A stretch of DNA of 64,000 nt, from assembly GCA_964342815.1 (NCBI GenBank), contig CAYFHS010000001.1:32001-96000 (forward strand), given 5' to 3'. Source of the DNA: an uncultured archaeon. GTDB taxonomy: Archaea; Thermoplasmatota; Penumbrarchaeia; JASLWR01. Position numbers and translations under genes: made by a program. The notes beneath the pieces are model-generated. The model was given only the letters and a program-made list of their open reading frames with translations, searched no databases and was not told where the DNA came from. Shown piece after piece: positions 19,501 through 28,082 of the stretch (its first letter is position 1; each line of letters starts with the position of its first letter).

Positions 19501-22303
19501 TTAAAATAACCGAGGGAAGCACAGTATCCTTTCGATAAAGCATGTTGGCATAGCTGCGGTCCCGGACCCCCAAAGTATCTACAACTGTAAAATTGATCTG
19601 ATTGACCCCATCTATCAGGTTCGCCCAATTGGGTATTATCTCTGCCTCGTGGTATTTTTTCGGACCTGAGAACACGTCGATCTCCGCTCCGTCGTTGATA
19701 GTGTAATAACCCCGGTCGAGATTATGGCCAACGCGCATGTTCAAGAATTGAACGTCAATACTGATGGGCGGATCGGATTTGAACCATCCAAACTCGGTGA
19801 CGTTGTAATGTATCTCCGGGGGATGAGAATCCTTATCGTAATTTATAGTGGTCTGATTTACATTGAGCGCCTTGTCAAAACAACGGATCTGAACGGTGAG
19901 ATCGCCATTTACCACGTTGACCCAATCCAGGGCCCAGTTGTCGGTGTAATCCGTGGTAACGGTACCATTGAATATGTCCGTCCAAACTCCCGGGGCACCT
20001 GCACGATACTGGGCGAACCAGAGATCGGATCCACTGCCGCCGTTGGAGAAATCCACATCGATCACAGCACCGGGGTCTTCATAGTACTGGCCGTAACTGG
20101 CAGTATTGACCGTGATGATCGGTGCGGTTGAATCGTCGCTTATGGGGATAGTAGTGTAAAATGGTTTCAGATCGTCTCCGGTCACAGTGATATTTGCCAG
20201 TCCCGCCACAGTAGGGGTACCCGACACCGAGGCATCTCCGTTGGCATCGGTGGTGTCATTGGCAAAGAGGTCGGGCCAGTTCACAAGATCCACCCTGGCA
20301 TTGGCTACGTTTGCGCTTAATGAGTCCTCCACATGGACTGGCAGTGGAGCGGCAGAGTCGGTATAGGTCATTGCGGGATGGGTCACGGTTAGAGGTTCAG
20401 GTTCGTTGAACCAGAAATTCATGGTGGGGTCGCCCATGTAGTTCACGGTGTAATAGATCCATCTCATATACCCCAGGTGATTGAATCCTGCCAGATCTTC
20501 CATTCCCAGCCGATTGGCTTTCCCGGCTTCCCTTACGCCTCCGTTGAAAAGTTTATCGAAGAATTCCAGGGCAAATTTATGCGAAGGCGAAGCAAGCATG
20601 TTCCCAGGTGAATATAGGCCGTACCGTGTATTCCCGATGAATACCACGCTGCCTCCGTTGGCATTGAACATCAGGTGCTCGCTTATGGCATCGCTGTAAT
20701 CAAATGCATTGGCATAGCAGCCCATTGTATAGAACAAATTGAATCTGTGATCGCTCACGTGGGCGTCCGCATCCGCGCGGTAATAACCAAGTGTTTCCGT
20801 AAGTGACATCACGTTGTAATTGGCATGCCCTCCATTGTAAACCACGTTCACCCCGTCGTTCATTGCCGTGTTGAAATTATTCTTTGTAGCATTTCCGAGG
20901 GTTTCGTACAGCTTGATGGAAGTCATCTGCGGTGGAAATGTCTTACTTTCCAGGTCATCGGAGGAGAGGCTGGCATCCGTATTATCATCCAGCCATGCCG
21001 CCGAAAGAAGGGCTTTCTCCACAAATCCCGTACGCGGGTCCCTCTCGTAGTCAAAAACCTTGTTGACGAAGGTATCTGCCTGTGCAGTGGTACTCACCGG
21101 TGCACGGCCGATGTATACTTCAGAAACCTGATCCACATCTCCTCCCGCGGTCCCGTCATTGGACTCGCCCCAACGCCCGTCTCCGTCATTGTTGTACGGT
21201 CCATCCAGACAACCGAAGTAATGATCTACCGGTATATTATCGTCCTCGCAAACACCGGAGACAAGCCCGTAAAGTCCCCTGAAAGGAACAACGTCCGTAT
21301 CCCCGCCTATCAGGATATATTCAGTGTTCCAGTTCTGGTAGGCATCGTTAACGAAATTACGTATCTCCGCAGGAGTGTCCACATCGTCATAGTCCGCATC
21401 CGAAGTAATGTCCGCAAGATCTACAATTTTCGTCGGAATACCCTTGTTTATCTTCCACTGGGCAAGTGGAAGGAAATGATCGTACAGGGCGGCGGAAGTA
21501 ATGATTACATAGGGATAATACTCCCCGGGTTGGGGTATGCTTCTTTCTCCTGCCATGGAAGCGAAATTGTACGAATCCAAAATGTGGTCAATAGAGGGTT
21601 CGCTTGTTACCAGATTCCGTTGAAGCAGCTCCTCTCTGTCGAGAAGGCCTCCCGCACCGTGTCTAAGCATGGGGAGGCTGTTATAGTCGGCGTTGTCGCG
21701 AAGGTTCAATTTCATTTCAGCTCCTGAATAAAACCGTAATTCGTGAGTGTCCGGTTCATAACAGATGGGATCGACGATTAAACTGGCAATGGCAAAACCC
21801 CTGAAATACTGGATGCCGGTATTTTTCACTGTGGGGCGGCGGGTATCCCTGGTTGGAAAGTTCTCCCCAGGACCATCTTTCTGATATGATTGAGGCCCTC
21901 CCGGATAAGTTATGAACGGAGCTTTCTCAAGTGGAATACTACTGGAGATCACCGTGGGATGCCCCCAGTCTATCTCGATATCAGCGATGTCCGCACCAGG
22001 AGGTAAGAGCGCATTAACGGTCCGGGAAGGGATATTGAATGCGCCCGGGGGAGTCACCGAGACCCATCCATCGCCCGATAAGGATATTGTATTCTTAGTC
22101 ACCCCTGAATTCACTTCGGGCATGGGGAAATCCAGAGACAACGATAACGAATCGCCGTTGCCCTGTTCATCACCTTCGCCATATTCCGGTTTAAGATCTC
22201 CAGTCGGGGCTGCAACCACAGGAGAAGCTATGTTCAGGACCAACAGTGCCAGAATGCCCAGCAGTAACATCCTCGCAATTGGGAATTTATTTTTTCGTGT
22301 CAT
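16514..22303 (-). CDS. Gingipain-like peptidase C25 with propeptide, repeated beta domains, FN3/PKD, TM, double zinc ribbon and charged cytoplasmic tail
   Basis: YVIITSAALY, WKINKGIPT, YILIGGDTDVVP, DHYFGCLDG, VYIGRAPV; catalytic His (GGHANY) and Cys (MGCYAN); CPSC/CPKC/CPRC/CPEC after the TM. Start likely ATG 22303. Confidence 0.88.
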   Translation of the reverse strand: MTRKNKFPIARMLLLGILALLVLNIASPVVAAPTGDLKPEYGEGDEQGNGDSLSLSLDFPMPEVNSGVTKNTISLSGDGWVSVTPPGAFNIPSRTVNALLPPGADIADIEIDWGHPTVISSSIPLEKAPFITYPGGPQSYQKDGPGENFPTRDTRRPTVKNTGIQYFRGFAIASLIVDPICYEPDTHELRFYSGAEMKLNLRDNADYNSLPMLRHGAGGLLDREELLQRNLVTSEPSIDHILDSYNFASMAGERSIPQPGEYYPYVIITSAALYDHFLPLAQWKINKGIPTKIVDLADITSDADYDDVDTPAEIRNFVNDAYQNWNTEYILIGGDTDVVPFRGLYGLVSGVCEDDNIPVDHYFGCLDGPYNNDGDGRWGESNDGTAGGDVDQVSEVYIGRAPVSTTAQADTFVNKVFDYERDPRTGFVEKALLSAAWLDDNTDASLSSDDLESKTFPPQMTSIKLYETLGNATKNNFNTAMNDGVNVVYNGGHANYNVMSLTETLGYYRADADAHVSDHRFNLFYTMGCYANAFDYSDAISEHLMFNANGGSVVFIGNTRYGLYSPGNMLASPSHKFALEFFDKLFNGGVREAGKANRLGMEDLAGFNHLGYMRWIYYTVNYMGDPTMNFWFNEPEPLTVTHPAMTYTDSAAPLPVHVEDSLSANVANARVDLVNWPDLFANDTTDANGDASVSGTPTVAGLANITVTGDDLKPFYTTIPISDDSTAPIITVNTASYGQYYEDPGAVIDVDFSNGGSGSDLWFAQYRAGAPGVWTDIFNGTVTTDYTDNWALDWVNVVNGDLTVQIRCFDKALNVNQTTINYDKDSHPPEIHYNVTEFGWFKSDPPISIDVQFLNMRVGHNLDRGYYTINDGAEIDVFSGPKKYHEAEIIPNWANLIDGVNQINFTVVDTLGVRDRSYANMLYRKDTVLPSVILNNDSYGYYTADPGAVIDVDFFNENVSLMVNASYRGNDDIWREIFTGNRTGYLSNWSVNFTHLSQGINDIDIRVYDQADNVNYIESAIQVRKDNMEPEIIINTPDLGWFDSDPGAVADIDFSSGGGSPLVLGQYRIGNNSWANVFNTTVDEFTDEWQFDYSLLHEGINYMDLRAYDLVNISKVMYKKVRIMVDLFNPWVNMTKRVYNYSETNDLIFGGASLKTFFSNRGSGSMLKRAQYRVAPSVEWHDIFNMSIDEITYEWDVNSSLLDQGINTIRIRVLDGLFTDTNDTEIILYYDSLPPVLSINRDSYGWYNIDPGLVVDVDCFENGTGSNLSFLRYRWDEDDEWMYLFRENDTLTGTLARYTANWSFGFLEMEEGINTIFIEVGDHAGHLVEGEVVFKKDSKGPATVRLSAPLDARETSAKTLFISWNPISTGIDESEIAYYRYQVADTEAFTHLLIDKNTTELSAEISFSAANQYHWRVKAVDEAGNEADWSAPWSFFSNAAPQARISHPDRGYLSFPVKFNANSSSDIDGEINNYTWTIDDINYLYGAVVEYTFDTHGTHWISLRVRDNLGKTGTEETSIVIERPEFKVGAKISYEGEEHTITDVGWSADAGTWVYTLENGEKAKEEYIAPYKETKTKAEQFFWDIPWQYLIAIGVVSLVLIIAVILVVVRTRHYSHIFCPSCGEKVARGRGYCPKCNEALFKNKTTYVTSDCPRCSYPVYEWEEKCPECQLPVGTKKKAGKSRYKDIRDDTDFIPSSYGSRYTRHMERERDRWTQSEKKDKRSSNKKSKGKKTGDKKRGTGKSKGRKKGGNREDAKDRKGRKRDRGRKRRPAATNWEDDEDNEEPDVSFEGFTEEDEKKAASWNDDYDEDGEYEDWGWEDGSDDDNDYDDEYYEDDYYDDEDDYYDDDDYYDDEDSSYDSGRYQSIDDDYDDEYDKYDENEYYEDEDDENEPLGERDDLDKFFDSFGSTTETDDDGYYEDENDEEEWEW

Positions 22304-22665
22304 GTTATCCCGTTTTTTATCTCGTTCAAATGATGTTGTAATATACCCTATTAAAAACACGTATTTCAGCGAGTTACTCGGCTCATATTCACTTATGTAG
22401 AATAGATGTGGGTAGCAAGAATGAATGATTATAACCGCGTTATATATATGGTTAATATAGGTTAAAAATATTATTGCGTCATTTCAAATTTTTTATTTTC
22501 ATTACAGGTTAACCGAATACGGTAACGACCCCATTAACAAAATATCTTTAACCTTGTTTTACAACAAAGTAAAAAATTATAAAAGGCACGACCCTAATCT
22601 TTTGCCCAGCTTCCAAGGGCCGGGGGTTGGTTAGTGGTTGTTCAATCGATTAAACGGAAGATATT

Positions 22666-23097
22666 ATGCCTGGCAGTTATTCAGAATATGGACGGGACCT
22701 TCTCGTTCTTACGAAAAAAGGAGTGGGTGACAAATTCACCACCGACCTGTCTGTGAAAAGGACGGGTGACCTTGAGACTGTGGAAGGACGTGATCTCATG
22801 ATTCAGGCAATAAGGCACAGGCTGCTAACGCGAAAGGGCGAACTTGCTCTGCTTGGTCATCCGGAGTACGGGTCTCTTCTGGAAGATGTTATCGGTGAGC
22901 CAAACATTCCGGATACCCATAGGATCATAGAGACGCTTATAAGAGACTGCCTGAAATACGAGGCCAGGATAAAAACCATAATATCGGTGAAAGCTTCTCC
23001 ATCCGAGAAAGACAAGGTAAATATATTGGTCCACGTAGAACTGCAAGGGGGAGATGGGGAACTAAAGATAACGTATCCCCTTTACCTGGAGGAGTGA
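22666..23097 (+). CDS. GPW/gp25 family baseplate wedge protein
   Basis: QAIRHRLLTRKGE...HPEYGS.L...IGEP...IRDCLKYEARI is a typical gp25 pattern. Confidence 0.85.
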   Translation: MPGSYSEYGRDLLVLTKKGVGDKFTTDLSVKRTGDLETVEGRDLMIQAIRHRLLTRKGELALLGHPEYGSLLEDVIGEPNIPDTHRIIETLIRDCLKYEARIKTIISVKASPSEKDKVNILVHVELQGGDGELKITYPLYLEE

Positions 23098-24593
23098 AAT
23101 TGGTTTTCAAAAAGAAAGAATACAAAAGTATCGTTGACGCAATTCTAAAAGATCTCCAGGAACGCTCGCAGGTGGCGGATACCAATGTGGGATCGGTGAG
23201 CCGGACACTCGTGGAATCCGTAGGACGTGAGATTTCGATAATGTACGAGCAGATGGAGGCGGCCTACAATGCCGGTTTTATAGATTCGGCCAAGGGAACC
23301 GCTCTGGATATGGTGGTGGCCGTTCTGGGAGTTCAGAGAAAATCTGCTCAGTTTGCAACGGGCTCAGTGACTTTTTCAAGAAGAAAGGCCAACCAGGATG
23401 TTACCATTCCACGCGGAACTATGGTTTCCACAGTTTCCTCGGATCCCTCCAAGGTAAAGGTTTTCGAGACCAGCGTGACGGTTACGCTGATCAGGGTAAA
23501 TAATGATATTGAAGTACCTGTAAAGGCGGTTATTCCCGGCAAGGAAGGAATGGCGGATTTTGAGACCATCGTGAAACTTGATAGTCCCATCATAGGTATA
23601 GACCGGGTGTTGAATAAAAAACCTACGACCATCGGAACAGAGAGGGAGACCGACGAGGAATTAAGGGCCAGAGCAAAGGCAGTGGTGCTTTCAGCCGGTA
23701 AGACCACTGTGGAATCCATAAGAAATGCTGTCATGTCCATCCCTGGTGTAAGAGGAGTGACAGTGAACGACATGCCCGATGGTGTCCCCGGCGAGATAGA
23801 CGTTATCGTGGATGGGCCCGACATCTCGGACCCGGAAGGAAGCACTTCTTTGGCCGTCTTCGAGACAGTGGAAAGGGTGAGACCGGCGGGGATAAGGGTC
23901 AATATTAAATCCACCACTCTCGTGAGGACCGATATTACAGCATTCGTCAATCTTACGGACGTTGCGAGAACCGACGAGGAGATGGACCGGACCCTCGATT
24001 CCATCCGAGACAGTGTCACAAATTACATTATTTCGCTTAACAGCGGGGACAATATCATAAGGAACCGACTGGTGACGGCATTGTTCGGCAATCCCAATAT
24101 TGACAATCTCGAAGATATGGTGATAATCACCAGGGTATTCGATGAAAAGGTAAGAGGAATGGTGGAAGATACCCGAAAAAGGATTGACGAGCGGACCCGT
24201 GATATCGAGATCGGCGAGTATGAGCGGGTGGACCTGTCGGGGGTTGATATCAGGACGCAGTTCACCCCCAGGCTCATCTCGTACGTGCAGATCGACCTTT
24301 CGGCACGAGTGATACCTACCAAAAAGACAATTTCCTTGGAAAGGCTCCGGGAGGGAATCGAGAACCAGATACACGCACATTTCGATAAACTGAGGACCGG
24401 GGAGACAGTGGATTACCAAAGAATATTCAATCTTGTGAAAGGTGTCGAGGGCATATCCGAACTGGTAGAACTGAATATCTCTGCCTTCCATGAGGAATCG
24501 GGATTGACCTTGAACGACGCAAATGACAACATAATTACATCCGATAACGAGATCGTAAAACTCAGGAATGTGGATGTCGATATGGAAGGTTAG
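23094..24593 (+). CDS. Baseplate J/gp47 (T4 gp6-like) protein
   Basis: FIDSAKGTALD..VAVLGVQRKSAQFATGSVTF, ETDEELRARAK, PGEIDVIVDG, VRPAGIRV; GTGA overlap with the gp25 stop codon. Confidence 0.88.
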   Translation: MKLVFKKKEYKSIVDAILKDLQERSQVADTNVGSVSRTLVESVGREISIMYEQMEAAYNAGFIDSAKGTALDMVVAVLGVQRKSAQFATGSVTFSRRKANQDVTIPRGTMVSTVSSDPSKVKVFETSVTVTLIRVNNDIEVPVKAVIPGKEGMADFETIVKLDSPIIGIDRVLNKKPTTIGTERETDEELRARAKAVVLSAGKTTVESIRNAVMSIPGVRGVTVNDMPDGVPGEIDVIVDGPDISDPEGSTSLAVFETVERVRPAGIRVNIKSTTLVRTDITAFVNLTDVARTDEEMDRTLDSIRDSVTNYIISLNSGDNIIRNRLVTALFGNPNIDNLEDMVIITRVFDEKVRGMVEDTRKRIDERTRDIEIGEYERVDLSGVDIRTQFTPRLISYVQIDLSARVIPTKKTISLERLREGIENQIHAHFDKLRTGETVDYQRIFNLVKGVEGISELVELNISAFHEESGLTLNDANDNIITSDNEIVKLRNVDVDMEG

Positions 24594-24639
24594 GGAATTT
24601 CATTATCTGGTTCAGTTCCACATATGCAGGTGAGCTAAG

Positions 24640-25785
24640 ATGCTTAACACGGAAAGGATGGCAAATCGGCTTCCCATGTACCTCGAGGCTTACCGGGAAA
24701 ACTCCACCATCAGAGCCGTTCTTGATGCTTTCGGGAGAGAGATGGAGAGGGCTGAGGAAAATCTCGGGAAACTGATGAAATCCAAATGGTTCTTCCATGC
24801 TGACCTCGGTGACCTGGAGAGGATGGGGCTGCTTTTCGGGATTCCAAGGCTCCCTGGCGAGATGAAGGTTCCATACCGCCAGCGCTTCTATCTCACTGTG
24901 AAAGAGCTGCTTACCGGAGCAGGCACGATAGATTCCATAAGCAAAATTGTAGAAGCCACAATAGGGACTTCCCCCGATATTGAAGAGAATCCCGCTGAGA
25001 TAGTTGAGAGCCCGGTCCGTGAACTTGGATCTGACAGCGCCTGGAGCGAATACAACAAAAGCGTGAAGGAGGACCGGCCCGTAATAACGATCCGCCCCCT
25101 TACCCGGGTCCGGGACCCCACGGTAACGAACATCACTACACAGGAATCCATCACATACAGGGGATTGCTTCGCAAAGGATCCATGCTGCGGATACTGCCG
25201 GATGGGACCGCTTCACTTGCAGGGATCGACGTATCGTCCCGCTTGGAATTTTATAAGGACGACCAACGGCAGACCGAGGTGCTGACGCCCAGGGTGCCAA
25301 AGATGCATTCCGAATGGAAGTATACGGATGGAACCGGATTTTTCGATTACGCGCATTTCTCGGAAGCTGTTTTCGCCGCTGCTGCAAAAAATCAGGTAGC
25401 AGTGCAGTTAAGGTGGATAAGATACAGACCTGCCACGTTCAATGTCAGGATGGCGCTGTACTCCAAGGGAGGCCGGTCCACCGAATCAATCGGTTACGAA
25501 AAACACCTCCGACAGGAAGTGCGCCATCTAGTTGATCACGTGAAGAGCGCCGGCGTAAAGGCCAATATTAATTTCTACGACAATTTCACGGAGAAAAATA
25601 CGGTGCGGGATCAGGGGATCGAGCCCTCCTTTGGAATCCATCATACGGACCGTGAAACCCTAGGGGAAGAACTGGAGATGAATGTTGTGATGGAGTTCTG
25701 CGAGCAGCAGACCCTGGGGGACCGAATCTATTCCTGCGGAGTATTCGATATTACTGAATTCGACTCGGCGAATGTGTGGGGATGA
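24640..25785 (+). CDS. Phage tail protein I / gp7-like baseplate wedge protein
   Basis: DLERMGLLFGIPRLPGE...YRQR...GAGTIDSI N-terminal pattern and VKSAGV C-terminal pattern; follows baseplate J with its own SD (GGTGAG). Confidence 0.7.
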   Translation: MLNTERMANRLPMYLEAYRENSTIRAVLDAFGREMERAEENLGKLMKSKWFFHADLGDLERMGLLFGIPRLPGEMKVPYRQRFYLTVKELLTGAGTIDSISKIVEATIGTSPDIEENPAEIVESPVRELGSDSAWSEYNKSVKEDRPVITIRPLTRVRDPTVTNITTQESITYRGLLRKGSMLRILPDGTASLAGIDVSSRLEFYKDDQRQTEVLTPRVPKMHSEWKYTDGTGFFDYAHFSEAVFAAAAKNQVAVQLRWIRYRPATFNVRMALYSKGGRSTESIGYEKHLRQEVRHLVDHVKSAGVKANINFYDNFTEKNTVRDQGIEPSFGIHHTDRETLGEELEMNVVMEFCEQQTLGDRIYSCGVFDITEFDSANVWG

Positions 25786-25829
25786 ATTTTTTATCACAAA
25801 TACTCAATCTTTGCCTCTATCATCTCCAC

Positions 25830-25863
25830 CCTTCTCAACCCTCCCGGGCTCATGGACCGCACC
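25830..25863 (-). repeat. Degenerate non-coding copy of the 3' end of the FG-GAP gene (28097-28130)
   Basis: ccttctcaaccctcccgggctcatggaccgcacc vs cctttccaaccctccccaactcatccaccgcacc, 27 of 34 identical by manual alignment. Confidence 0.55.
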
Positions 25864-25959
25864 TTTTTTTCCCCCTCTCATCAATAAGGGCTCGCATAAG
25901 AATAAGTTCCCATTCTTGCATCCCATCTACCAAGTGGCACACCCGTAGAAAACATTTCT

Positions 25960-27273
25960 TTACTTCCATTGTGATGCGGAATAGCTCAGTAACCATTCCC
26001 ATAGGGGTATGTAATCGATGGTTTTCCCTTCTATGTCCTTCATATCTCTGGTATCTCCTGAAATAATCGTGCCCTTATCGAGGTCGAATTTATCAAGAGC
26101 GGATAGAAGAGATCTTGTTTCTCTTTCATCTGCGGCAGATACATCACAGCAGACCTGGATCGCCTCAACGATCTCATCCCCCTTCATTATCAGGAAATCC
26201 ACCTCCCCGGAACTGTCCTTCCAGTAGTACATCTCATCATTATATCTCTTAAGTTCCATGAATACGATATTTTCGTACAGTCTTCCGAGGTCGCGGCTGA
26301 ATTTGAATCCCACTGCGTTCCTTATACCCGTATCCGTACAGTATATTTTCTTCGGGTTGACCTGCTGCTTTTTGAGTGAATGGGAGAAGATGGACAATGA
26401 GAAAAAAAAGTAAGCTTCTTCCATGGCATGCAGGTAGCTCGATACGGTATCGGATGAGATTCCCAGGTGTTTTGCGATTTTACTGTAATTCAGCAGATTT
26501 GATATATTTGGAAAGAGATAATTCTTCAGGTTTTCCACCTTGTCGGTCTTCGTAACGTTCGACCTCTTGATCACATCCCGGTATAGAATGCTGTCGGAAT
26601 AGAATTTAAGAAGTTCCTTCTTGAAGCTTTCATTTTTTTCAAGGACGATCTCAGGAAAACCGCCCCACTGAATATATTCTCTCAGATGGTTTTTTATCAT
26701 ATGCCTTTTTGAGATGATCTCCAGCTTTCCATCGATTGTTACATTCTTTGCTTTGATAAATTCCCTGAAAGACAGGGGGTACACCTCGAAGTAAACGAAT
26801 CGACCGGCCAATGAGGTGGACAGTTCGCTCTTAAGCAGCCTGGAGCCGCTCAAGAATATCTTAACATCTTTATCCAGGTCATATATCCTTTTTACCGTTC
26901 GATCCCAATCCTTCTGTTCCTGCACCTCGTCCAGAAAGATATACACCTTTCCCGTCGGGTTGAACATTTCGAGATGCTTGGTCCTGGCACTTTCGATAAG
27001 GTTTTCTTCCTGAATTCTCTCATCATCGCATTTGATGAATAGAATATTCTCTCCGGGGACCTTTGTCAGCAGATATTTTATCAGAATGTACATTATCGTT
27101 GTCTTGCCGGACCTTCGACAACCGGTAATGGGAATAACCTGTTTCTTGTCGATCCACAATATTATTTTTTCCAGGACTTCCCGTTCCAGATAATCCGATT
27201 TGAGATCCCCTGTCCACCAGGGATTCCATTCGACGAGTATTTGCTCTTGCATTATAGTTGTAATACGGCTCAT
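25960..27273 (-). CDS. AAA+ ATPase, AAA_14 + DUF4143 family
   Basis: EWNPWW start, Walker A GCRRSGKT, Walker B IFLDEVQ, SGS motif, GGFPE, KKIYCTDTG, YENIV, EVDF. Confidence 0.9.
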   Translation of the reverse strand: MSRITTIMQEQILVEWNPWWTGDLKSDYLEREVLEKIILWIDKKQVIPITGCRRSGKTTIMYILIKYLLTKVPGENILFIKCDDERIQEENLIESARTKHLEMFNPTGKVYIFLDEVQEQKDWDRTVKRIYDLDKDVKIFLSGSRLLKSELSTSLAGRFVYFEVYPLSFREFIKAKNVTIDGKLEIISKRHMIKNHLREYIQWGGFPEIVLEKNESFKKELLKFYSDSILYRDVIKRSNVTKTDKVENLKNYLFPNISNLLNYSKIAKHLGISSDTVSSYLHAMEEAYFFFSLSIFSHSLKKQQVNPKKIYCTDTGIRNAVGFKFSRDLGRLYENIVFMELKRYNDEMYYWKDSSGEVDFLIMKGDEIVEAIQVCCDVSAADERETRSLLSALDKFDLDKGTIISGDTRDMKDIEGKTIDYIPLWEWLLSYSASQWK

Positions 27274-27419
27274 GGCAAATAAATCTTCCGAATGAAATCG
27301 TGTAATTTATGAATTTTACGCGATTTAAATCGTGTGTTCTACAAAAATGAGACGACCAGCTATGGAAAAATCTACATTATTTCCGGTCCCTTCCGCTAGA
27401 ATTCATCTTCGTCGTTCCC

Positions 27420-27983
27420 CTACTCCTCCTTACCCTTTCTTCTCATTCCAAACATCAAGATACCAACGATCGCTCCTACCAAGAACACTACAAGCACAAC
27501 CCCCACGAGCCACAACACCTTACCATCCCCTTCTTCCGCATTTTCTTGTCTTTCCCACCGTTCGCTGTCATCAGGATAAGCATCGTCCACGTTCAGTACC
27601 CCGTCCCCATCTCTGTCCGGATCGATGAAACCGGGTATCCCTTCTCTATTTTGATCTCTTGGATACAATGTATAATAAAGGGAATCTTCATCCGTTTCGG
27701 TATCCGGATACCAGTAAAAATAAGCTGTAAATGAAATAACAACAAGGGAGATGATAACTGCAACAAGAAAAAGTAAACGACCCTGTTTCTTACTCTTATA
27801 TTCTATCTGTTTTAGGCGTTTCTTCTCTTCTTTCATGGATGAATGTTCGAAATAATAGTTGCAACTGGGACAGAACTTTTTGTTTCTTTCCGCTGTAAAA
27901 ACGAATTTCTTGCATTTGGGACATATTCGTATCTTAGTGTCGGCTTTGCCACCTTTCACTTTCGACATAATATCCACCATCAT
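27420..27983 (-). CDS. Small membrane protein: zinc ribbon, TM, TSP3-like Ca-binding repeat, TM
   Basis: CPKC...CPSC; two hydrophobic segments; DPDRDGDGVLNVDDAYPDD nearly identical to the C-terminus of 28083-31427. Confidence 0.7.
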   Translation of the reverse strand: MMVDIMSKVKGGKADTKIRICPKCKKFVFTAERNKKFCPSCNYYFEHSSMKEEKKRLKQIEYKSKKQGRLLFLVAVIISLVVISFTAYFYWYPDTETDEDSLYYTLYPRDQNREGIPGFIDPDRDGDGVLNVDDAYPDDSERWERQENAEEGDGKVLWLVGVVLVVFLVGAIVGILMFGMRRKGKEE

Positions 27984-28082
27984 ACGTTATATGCACCAAT
28001 GTTACCTTCAAACTTCTACATTTAAATGTTCGTTCTCTAAATTAAGCTTTATTGAATATCATTCATCCCCTTCTTCCCTTTT

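Noticed and set aside
19775-19785. ggatttgaacc, the reverse complement of a tRNA T-loop motif
   Set aside because: It lies inside the C25 coding sequence and no cloverleaf can be built around it.
22666-25785. Prophage call
   Set aside because: No integrase, terminase, portal, capsid, att duplication or compositional shift; reported as an orphan baseplate module instead.
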